Below, one piece after another: positions 44,011 through 64,000 of a DNA stretch of 64,000 nt. Within the stretch, counting starts at the first letter, position 1. Each line of letters opens with the position of its first letter. Location of the stretch: positions 248,001-312,000 of the forward strand of contig NIVC01000095.1 of the NCBI GenBank assembly GCA_002269645.1, given 5' to 3'. The notes below the pieces were generated by a model, which was not told the origin of the DNA, searched no databases, and saw nothing but the letters and a program-made list of their open reading frames with translations. Position numbers and translations under genes: made by a program. This DNA comes from Macrostomum lignano. Lineage: Eukaryota.

Positions 44011-44585
44011 ATAGTAAAATAATTCAGCTTTCGGTTATACAATCGCCTCCCGAGTTCCTCTTGTTTGCTCAGAACAATTGCTGTGCAAACAGACACCCCG
44101 CACACGACGGCCCAGAGCTGACTCAGCGGTCACTCAGAGGCGAGTTTGGAATGTTTGTGTTAAACTCAAATATTTAAATATAGCAATATTTGATTGAACT
44201 GGTTTAACCTTACATTGAGCGCGCCGGAGGGGTCAACCATTTTTGTTATTATTGCATTCTGTTCTTTCCGATTAGGTGTCGATTGACTTTTGTTTTATTA
44301 ACGACTCTTGGTAACTCATTGTGCCAGTTAGCAGAGAACTTTGGGCAGCCATCGCTGACCCGACCTGAGCAGGTACACGCTCACACAGGGTGTACATGTG
44401 TACAGCGGCCCTGGCAGGATGCAGACCGGGAACTTGGTGCCAAGATTCAGAGGCAACCGATGAAATTCAGCTGCGAAATGAAATTTCAAAGCCAGTGAAC
44501 TTTGACAGTCAGTGACATTTGACTGTCCGTGACAGTTGACTGTCCGTGACATTTGACTGCCAGTGATATTTGACTGTCCGTGACA

Positions 44586-45165
44586 CAAGGACCACTAGAA
44601 GTTACCGTTGTATCAGGACTCAACACTCGTAAATATTGCAAAATTATTTGAAGGCCCGCTTGTTTGCATTGCAGCTAAACTTTAAATGCTCATAACTCTG
44701 GACTGGTTGCACTTAGAATGATATTTTTTCGCCAGGTTGCTCGAAATTTTGTTCTCTTTAACATGAAGCAAAGTTTGGCGCTGTATCTACATGTAGGAGC
44801 GTCAGGCGTACAGTTCAGTAACGGCAATACGCAATATTTCATTGCAGTCAAAATGAATAAAGTTTCAGTTAACCATTGCTTCCTAGTCTACGAGTTATTA
44901 CGAGTTATTACGAGTTGCATATAATGATATAATTACTCAAAATATCTAGATTACAGCCTAAATAAACTATAAATACACATATTTTACGAAGCTTCTGAGG
45001 CTCAAATGTAGTGCATGCTTCTTTAAAACAGTCGACTCAAGTCGAGTAGATTCTTTTTTGAAGGCAAGTACCGATAAATACATGCAAACAAGCGGGCCTT
45101 CAAATAATTTTGCAATATTTACGAGTGTTGCGTCCTGATACAACGGTAACTTCTAGTGGTCCTTG
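44586..45165. mobile_element. Non-autonomous hAT element (580 bp) inserted in a 17-bp minisatellite
   Basis: 84-bp TIRs (44586-44669 / 45082-45165, one mismatch) starting CAAGGACCACTAG; perfect 8-bp TSD CCGTGACA. The array (GTGACATTTGACTGTCA)n flanks both sides (about 44500-44585 and 45166-45305). Confidence 0.9.
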
Positions 45166-46436
45166 CCGTGACAATTGACTGTCAGTGACATTTGACTGCC
45201 AGTGACATTTAACTGTCAGTGACATTTGAATGTCAGTGACATTTGACTGTCAGTGAAATTTGACTGTCAGTGACATTTGGCTGCCAGTGACATCTGACTG
45301 CCATCTATTACTGGCGATTGAAATGTTGGCAGTCAACCTTGCTGTCAGTAACTTGTCGCAGCCTCATTAAAGGCTTTAATTTTTTCTTTGTGCACGAGTA
45401 TGCTCTGGTTCACAACTAGCTTTAAACATTTTTAATTTTGGCTTAGCCTAATTTCTTTAATCCACCTTTAAAATATAATTTGCATTCAGCCTACTGTAAG
45501 TAGCAAAATCCGACTATTCAGGTATTTCTATTCGGTAAATAGCAAATTCAACACGATCTTCTCTTCTTTTGTCTGTCGAAAGATAAAGTTGAGAGCGAAA
45601 TTTTATTTGACTTGAAACATTTGCCAAACTAGAAAAAATTACTAAAAGAGACAGATGTTTGCAAAGTAACCCGTATAGTCTCATTCAAGTGCCCCAGCTT
45701 TGTTGACTTGCATCTTTCATGCAATAACATATTGCACTCCTGATGCGATGACGAGTTTTTGCCTTGCCAGCTCGAGAGTTCGAGAGCCGGGCATTGCAGA
45801 TAATCTGATTCCGGACAAGAGGGGGGTTGAAGCATGAGTTGGGGCACGGCATGCTTGACAAGCATCAAACATATTTTACTTTGGGAATCCAACAAGGATA
45901 AAACTGCATGCGGCCACCGACCGCGGAGCTAGGAATGCAAGGAAGGTTGCTAGGAATGCAGGGAACTGTTTACTCTGCACCCAGCAGCCCTCTGGGGAGT
46001 GGGAGCTCAGCCCAAGTGGCTCTGAGAAGACTGATTCATTGAGATTTATATAGATTCGTTATTGTAGACAGATAGATAGATAGATAGTAGATAGCGAGAA
46101 AGAGCGAGCGAAGCGAGCTCTTTCGAGCTTGCTTGCCGCAGCCAATCAAGCTGAAAGCACGCACACAAGATCACCGGAAACGATTAAGGCAGCTGGAAAG
46201 CCAATGGGCGCGGTAAGCGCTTTTATCCAGAGGAACTACCTGCTGGAACCAGCTATGCCGAACGAAAATCAGACTACTCAAGTAGTGCAAAAGAGTACGT
46301 GCAACTACCGAGAAATCTAATTTTCGTAACCGCTCCGGTGCAGGTCCTGGCTATAGATAGTAGATAGCGAGAAAGAGCGAGCGAAGCGAGCTCTTTCGAG
46401 CTTGCTTGCCGCAGCCAATCAAGCTGAAAGCACGCA

Positions 46437-47268
<832 letters not shown>

Positions 47269-48221
47269 AAGTACTCGCAGTACCTTCGAGCTGCAGTGTG
47301 GACACTGAATACAATCAACGAGCTGCACTGCAGCAAAAGTGCAATTCGCGATTGCCCACCAGAAAATGCAATGCTAAGCAATAAACAGACGAACAAAAAT
47401 AAAAAACATGGCCCAACAGTGTTTTTATTTCACCCGGGTGCTGAGACACAAAATATCCGGTGATTCATTTATAGGCTGGTCTTATTGTGCTGGTTATTCT
47501 TACGTATTTTACACATATCTAACACACTTAGCGCTATGCATAAATATTGCTTGGTAGCAAAGTAGTACTGAACTGACACACGCGCTTGGGCATTAGCGGG
47601 GATGCTAAACATTGAGGACAACCACAAGGACAAACTTAAGCTAAACATCTGGACAGACAACCGGTCAGTTTTAAGTAGCGAAATGGGCAAAAACCGGTTG
47701 GTCTTCGAATTTGGTTACTTAGGGCTCAGAGACGGGACAAACTGACACAAAATGCAGAAACACAAAACACAAAATAGCCAACAGGATCCGCTGAAAAGTT
47801 AGAGAATACTGCACGAATAAACATGATAACAAGTAACACACTGTGGAAACAAATTACAATTCAAATTAGAAACATGTGTATTGTGTTAAAAGAAAAGTAA
47901 AATAAAAAACTCTTTAAGGGAGCAGGGAGTGAGGTTTTCTCAATATAGGTTGATATTTCTTTGTAAATCAAAGAAGTTATGTTAAAGCTGGTTATTGATA
48001 ATTCAATCAGGTCCGGGCACAGCCATGGTATTCAAAAATCGCAACGAGGCGACGGCTTTTGAAAAGAAAACGAACATTATTTGAAGGACACCACAGAAGA
48101 TTTATGCAAAAAACGCAGGTTTGAAACAATTTTTCATTCTGGTTCCTTGGGTTAAGCTTTTGCATTTACACTTAGCGGGGCCTGCACGCTTTGGTGCCAG
48201 TGACCATTGTGCAGTGTGGTA

Positions 48222-57548
<9,327 letters not shown>

Positions 57549-58972
57549 CTGCGGATTGAAAAAGCAACGCAACAGCAACAGTATAAGCATAGTATAACAA
57601 AGTTAAACAAGCGAAATATTAAGCACGCATTATAACAAATATTTGGTAACAAACCTTGGCTTTTGTTAACTTTAATAAAGTTATCTTTAATTGCATTATT
57701 TTAATATTAAATGTGAGGTTAACAGTTTTATCATTAAAAACAAAAGAAAAAATCTAGATTCTTTTTAAAATCTACTAAAGTGAAAATTAATTTATCATAT
57801 TTCAGAAGTGCATGAATTATTAATAAATTAATAATAAATAAATAATAACAAACTATTTTTAGTATTATATTTGCATGGTTTGAGTATTTGAATGCACAAA
57901 ATGAAAAGTAAAAATAAACAGATGAATATAAATGTTTTTAATGAACAAAACTTACCTATCTTGCTCAATAGGCTCATCAATGTCCGAACTTTTGTTAAGC
58001 ACTGTTTGCGAAATTATGCTTCGCAACTTAACTTTGTCTTGGATTTCCCAACTAACAAAAGCATTGCAGTACATGATTAGGATAATTAACTTAGTGTATT
58101 ACTTGTTCAGTAAAAACTTGCTCCGCAAAAAGCGACGCTTTTAGCTAAAAGCTTTGTCCCTTACAATACTTTCAAAATGAAAAAATGTCTTGTCTACTTA
58201 AAATCGTGCTTCACGAAAACTTGCCGAATAAATGTACTTTTTGTTTTTTGTTTATTATTATTGCTCTAAGTTTTAGATAAAACTATCATTTATTGGTAAT
58301 ACAGATTTAAAAGCTTTATTTACGAGCCAACTTTTAATTTGTTAGCTAACATTTGTTTAAATTTCTTTTAACACCGGTATAGTTTTTACTGTTCCGACGC
58401 CTAATCAATATTGTGTTTGGACTAAAAAATTCTATATAATTTCATGCTTTTTTTATTAAATTTTAGGGGTAATAAATAACCCACATTAAGACAATCATAA
58501 TGAAAATAAAAATAACGCTTATGAAATACATGTACGTTACATTAAAAACAACTTTACATGTACACTGTATTGATTTTCAGCTGGCTTATTGGCTCTGCCA
58601 ATTTTTGTTGACATGGACGAAAATTTGCGAAATTGGTTTAATCATGTAATAATTTTTAGGCTATCAAGCGATTCTAGCATTTCGGCATAATTTGGTCGCT
58701 GTTTTAGAATTACTATAAACACCTCGTAAATTTCGTTAGATTAATTTATCCTAGAAGTATATAATTGATAAAACAACCTTTGCGGAAGCGGAACAATCGA
58801 TAACCAGGCCAGTGTTTATTCACTAAGTTTGCATGTACACATGGAATATGAGTAGATCCGATAGGGTACCGCAGAGTCTTTCATCCACGAAAAAGGGAAA
58901 AACGCCAAATTCTCTTTCATTGATGCAGACATTTACTCCCTTACTGCTGCTCCTATGGTGTGAGTTTGCATA

Positions 58973-58986
58973 GTTTCCATGACAAC
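58973..58986. promoter_or_regulatory. RFX X-box-like palindrome
   Basis: GTTTCCATGACAAC versus the consensus GTNNCC-AT-RRYAAC. Confidence 0.35.
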
Positions 58987-59382
58987 GAGATACAAATGCA
59001 ACGCTAAGTAAAGAGAAAGGTATAGGGACATGTGAAGGGAAGAGAAGAGGCAGCATCCCTGTAAACTTCCCCTATACCTATTCCTAATCCAGTCCTCACA
59101 CAGTCACGCAGTTTCCAGAAAAATCCATGGAATTTTGGATCTGAATTTCCATCTCAACCCCATTTTCTGAGATGCTTTGTTTTGATAGCTGCTCCGAATT
59201 TGGAGCTTCGTCTGATTCTTGCAGAATTTTTTAAGGTAGTATAGATGCATGGTCAGTGGGACGAGTACGTGTGCGAATCTCGTGTCAGTTACCCGTGTAA
59301 GCTATAGAGTCCGTTGGCGGCCACATTAATTTGGGGTTTCGTCACTTGATCCGGGACTTGTCCTTCTTCAGTTCACGTCTCG

Positions 59383-60232
59383 AGATGCGAGATCCTGGGA
59401 TGCGAGATCCTGGGATGCGAGATCCTGGGATGCGAGATCCTGGGATGCGAGATCCTGGGATGCGAGATCCTGGATGCGAGATCCTGGGATGCGAGATCCT
59501 GGGATGCGAGATCCTGGGATGCGAGATCCTGGGATGCGAGATCCTGGGATGCGAGATCCTGGGATGCGAGATCCTGGGATGCGAGATCCTGGGATGCGAG
59601 ATCCTGGGATGCGAGATCCTGGGATGCGAGATCCTGGGATGCGAGATCCTGGGATGCGAGATCCTGGGATGCGAGATCCTGGGATGCGAGATCCTGGGAT
59701 GCGAGATCCTGGGATGCGAGATCCTGGGATGCGAGATCCTGGGATGCGAGATCCTGGGATGCGAGATCCTGGGATGCGAGATCCTGGGATGCGAGATCCT
59801 GGGATGCGAGATCCTGGGATGCGAGATCCTGGGATGCGAGATCCTGGGATGCGAGATCCTGGGATGCGAGATCCTGGGATGCGAGATCCTGGGATGCGAG
59901 ATCCTGGGATGCGAGATCCTGGGATGCGAGATCCTGGGATGCGAGATCCTGGGATGCGAGATCCTGGGATGCGAGATCCTGGGATGCGAGATCCTGGGAT
60001 GCGAGATCCTGGGATGCGAGATCCTGGGATGCGAGATCCTGGGATGCGAGATCCTGGGATGCGAGATCCTGGGATGCGAGATCCTGGGATGCGAGATCCT
60101 GGGATGCGAGATCCTGGGATGCGAGATCCTGGGATGCGAGATCCTGGGATGCGAGATCCTGGGATGCGAGATCCTGGGATGCGAGATCCTGGGATGCGAG
60201 ATCCTGGGATGCGAGATCCTGGGATGCGAGAT
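59383..60232. repeat. Homogeneous minisatellite, 15-bp unit
   Basis: (GATGCGAGATCCTGG)n with a single 1-bp deletion near 59472. Confidence 0.98.
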
Positions 60233-60729
60233 CATCAAAGCATTTGGGCAATTTCGAATGCACGGGAAATTTTTTACTTCAGTTTTCTGAGCCTAAAACA
60301 GGATCCATTGAGTACACAACGGCACTGCAGCAGGGGCAGCTCTCATGAGACCAGCTCGAAGGCAAACATTTTCCATCATGCCTGTTAGCTGACTTGAGCA
60401 GAAGCCCCACACCATGCGACACCGGAGCCTGGGGAGCCAATCTGCGTGCAAACACCTGCTCAATACAAACAGAGCCTCATACTGAGCGCAGCCATATCCT
60501 TCCCAAGTTCCCTCCGCCAAACAAAGCATCGTCTGTTTGCCACGGTAACCAACGGCAACGGAGAACTGCAAGCGGTAGCAAGCTGGCGAGCAATCAATCA
60601 AGCATTTTTTCATTTTTGTGCCTATAATCCCGTCTGAATCTCGTGGTAGACTTTTCCTCTTGTCTCATTCGCATTAGTACGCATGTAGTGCCCTGAAAAT
60701 AGTGCAAGAGCGCCAAAAAACAGACCTAC

Positions 60730-61985
60730 GCTAGCGAGGGATCATCAATAAGACACCTGGATTAGCGAGGGATCATCAATAAGACACCTGGATTAGCGAG
60801 GAATCATCAATAAGACACCTGGATTAGCGAGGGATCATCAATAAGACACCTGGATTAGCGAGGAATCATCAATAAGACACCTGGATTAGCGAGGAATCAT
60901 CAATAAGACACCTGGATTAGCGAGGGATCATCAATAAGACACCTGGATTAGCGAGGGATCATCAATAAGACACCTGGATTAGCAAGGGATCATCAATAAG
61001 ACACCTGGATTAGCGAGGGATCATCAATAAGACACCTGGATTAGCGAGGGATCATCAAAAAGACACTAGGATTAGCGAGGGACCGCCAAGAGACACATGG
61101 ATTAGCGAGAGACCGCCAAGAGACACCTGGATTAGCGAGGGATCGCCAAAAGACACATGGATTAGCGAGGGACCGCCAAGAGACACCTGGATTAGCGAGA
61201 GACCGCCAAGAGACACCTGGATTAGCGAGGGATCGCCAAAAGACACATGGATTAGCGAGAGACCGCCAAGAGACACCTGGATTAGCGAGGGATCGCCAAA
61301 AGACACATGGATTAGCGAGGGACCGCCAAGAAGACACCAGGATTACATGTAGCGAGGATCATCAAAAAGACACTAGGATTAGCGAGGGATCATCAAAAAG
61401 ACACTAGGATTAGCGAGGGATCATCAAAAAGACACTAGGATTAGCGAGGGATCATCTATAAGACACCTGGATTAGCGAGGGATCGCAAAAACACCTGAAT
61501 AAGCGAGGGATCACCGAAAAGACACCTGGATTAGCGACAGATGCGAGATCCGTAAAAGACAGCTGGATTAGCGAGGGATCATCAATAAGACACCTGGATT
61601 AGCAAGGGATCATCAATAAGACACCTGGATTAGCGAGGGATCATCAAAAAGACACTAGGATTAGCGAGGGACCGCCAAGAGACACATGGATTAGCGAGAG
61701 ACCGCCAAGAGACACCTGGATTAGTGAGGGATCGCCAAAAGACACATGGATTAGCGAGGGACCGCCAAGAAGACACCAGGATTACATGTAGCAAGGATCA
61801 TCAAAAAGACACTAGGATTAGCGAGGGATCATCAAAAAGACACTAGGATTAGCGAGGGATCATCTATAAGACACCTGGATTAGCGAGGGATCGCCAAAAC
61901 ACCTGAATAAGCGAGGGATCACCGAAAAGACACCTGGATTAGCGACAGATGCGAGATCCGTAAAAGACAGCTGGATTAGCGAGGG
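60730..61985. repeat. Minisatellite, about 31-bp unit with higher-order duplication
   Basis: (GGATTAGCGAGGGATCATCAATAAGACACCT)n; the variant series ending GATGCGAGATCCGTAAAAGACAGC occurs twice. Confidence 0.95.
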
Positions 61986-61987
61986 AT

Positions 61988-62250
61988 AGAGTAGAGTAGA
62001 GTAGAAAGAGTAGAGTAGAGTAGCAAGAGTAGAGTAGAGTAGCAAGAGTAGAGTAGAGTAGCAAGAGTAGAGTAGAGTAGCAAGAGTAGAGTAGAAAGAG
62101 TAGAGTAGAGTAGCAAGAGTAGAGTAGAGTAGAAAGAGTAGAGTAGAGTAGCAAGAGTAGAGTAGAGTAGCAAAAGTAGAGTAGAGTAGCAAGAGTAGAG
62201 TAGAGTAGCAAGAGTAGAGTAGAGTAGCAAAAGTAGAGTAGAGTAGTTTT
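61988..62250. repeat. Purine-rich (AGAGT)n-derived repeat
   Basis: AGAGTAGAGTAG(C/A)A units. Confidence 0.9.
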
Positions 62251-63409
62251 AGAGTAGCGAGGGATCGCATAGTTTTTAGCAGTCTTCTAAAAGTGACTTT
62301 TAGAACCTGCTTGGGGAATCGAGTTCTGAAGCATCCCCATTGGATTCGGCAGGATCACGGTACTTCAGCATATAATTCGTAAGAGTTCCGCTAAATGCAG
62401 CCAATTAATTAGTTTCACCTGCAGCCATAGCTGGCTGATTAAACAAAAAACGAGTTCGCACAAGCAGAGCCTACAGCTTCAAGCTGTCGCCTTTGGCTAA
62501 AAAAACACGGAAATTGTACGGTTCACTGTTTTTCTAAGGCAACTTTGTCCACGGTTGGCGTAGCAACGGGAGACGCCATTGTTTTATTCTCTTCCCCACC
62601 TCTCCCCAGTTTCAGCAAAACGTTTCTCAGAGGGAAAAGCAAAAAAGCTGATAGAACAAGCGAGTAGACTCCAAAGTTTACCCTGGTTTGTTGTTAGCAA
62701 CCGAACTAGTGACATGTACGTGAGTAGTGAGGGGGCCTCATGCTTTGTGAGTCTTGGGGCGGCGGTTGCCAAGCGAAGAGGGGACGGGAAGAGGCTGGCT
62801 GGGGAATCGGATGGAAGGAGATCCCAAAATTTTTCGGTTGCTCAGGTAAGCGATGAGTCCCGAGAGCCAATGGCTGTTAATCGACAGTCAAGGACCAACC
62901 CAGCCTCCAAACTCCATCCATTTCTAGAGCGTATAAATTCGAACCCACAGGGCAGGTTTGCGGCTTCACGGAACCTCTGACCACTGATACTCTTTACCCT
63001 GCATGGTTAAAAAGGAATTAAAACTACGATGCTTTACGTGTCTTCAAGTCTGACTGCCGCCCTTCTCTTCGGTAAGAGCTAAATGCGACATAATTTACTT
63101 TACATTCAATACAATAACAAACCTCCTTCCTTACTGTTCATTTATCAATTCCATCAAAACATTTTCCTCGCTAAGGTCTTTTCTTAAACGTTGCTGCTCA
63201 ATGTAATCGGGCCCAGTGCGACTATACAAAAACCTGCGACAAAGGATACGGCATGGAGAACTGCACCAATGCTACCGGCAATTTTGAAAATTTGTGCTTC
63301 TTCGGAATGCACTGCTCGGCTTGTGAGTCAGTGAAATTTATATTTTTAGGTTCATTTTGTAGAATGTGCTTCAATAGTGATCGCTGGATTCGTGCACAGT
63401 ACTTGTTGG

Positions 63410-64000
63410 AAAGTTGCTGGATGAGTGCTCAGTGATTATTGAAAAGTTGCTTGACGAGTGCTCAGTGTTTGCTGGAAAGCTGCCGGAAGAGTGCTCGGTG
63501 TTTGTTGGAAAGTTGCTGCACGAGTGCTCGGTGTTTGTTGGAAACTTACTGGACGAGTGCTCAGCGTTTGTTGGAAAGTTGCCGGAGAGTGCTCAGTGTT
63601 TGTTGGAAACCTTCTGGACGAGTGCTCAGCGTTTGTTGGAAAGTTGATGGACGAGTGCTCAGCGTTTGTTGGAAAGTTGCCGGAGAGTGCTCAGTGTTTG
63701 TTGGAAACTTACTGGACGAGTGCTCAATGTTTGTTGGAAAGTTGCTGCACGAGTGCTCGGTGTTTGTTGGAAAGTTGCTGCACGAGTGCTCGGTGTTTGT
63801 TGGACAGTTGCCGGAGAGTGCTCAGTGTTTGTTGGAAACCTTCTGGACGAGTGCTCAGCGTTTGTTGGAAAGCTGCTGCACGAGTGCTCAGCGTTTGTTG
63901 GAAAGCTGCTGCACGAGTGCTCAGTGTTTGTTGGACAGTTGCCGGAAGAGTGCTTGGTGTTTGTTAGACAGTTGCTGGACGAGTGCTCGGTGTTTGTTGG
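63410..64000. repeat. Minisatellite, 33-bp unit, runs off the right edge
   Basis: (GAGTGCTCAGTGTTTGTTGGAAAGTTGCTGGAC)n. Confidence 0.93.

Noticed and set aside
62579-62980. 133-aa + strand ORF
   Set aside because: No recognisable motif or convincing exon partner; more likely promoter or UTR sequence.

Overview
Eukaryotic, intron-containing, repeat-rich genomic DNA with no prokaryotic features. Gene content and repeat style suggest a free-living flatworm such as Macrostomum, but this is inference only. Exons were reconstructed by hand from GT-AG sites and phase. Nine protein-coding genes can be assembled: an OCRL/INPP5B-type inositol 5-phosphatase (-, runs off the left edge), casein kinase 1 delta/epsilon (+), a sex-peptide/MIP-receptor-like GPCR (-), a high-affinity choline transporter SLC5A7 (-), an unrecognised 4-TM protein (-), an unrecognised small type-I membrane protein (+), a PDZ + synaptopodin/myozenin-motif protein (+), a small heat-shock protein (-), and a C10orf88/PAAT-like protein (-). 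Most long ORFs in the track are artefacts of about 30 unrelated mini- and microsatellites filling introns and intergenic DNA. Mobile DNA includes a triple-nested set of hAT-type MITEs with 8-bp TSDs, three further hAT MITEs, a TA-flanked MITE beside a deleted mariner, a Harbinger-type MITE, three copies of a tRNA-derived SINE, and RNase H and RT remnants of LINEs. Almost every start codon has a 3' splice acceptor 5-39 nt upstream, compatible with SL trans-splicing or 5'UTR introns.
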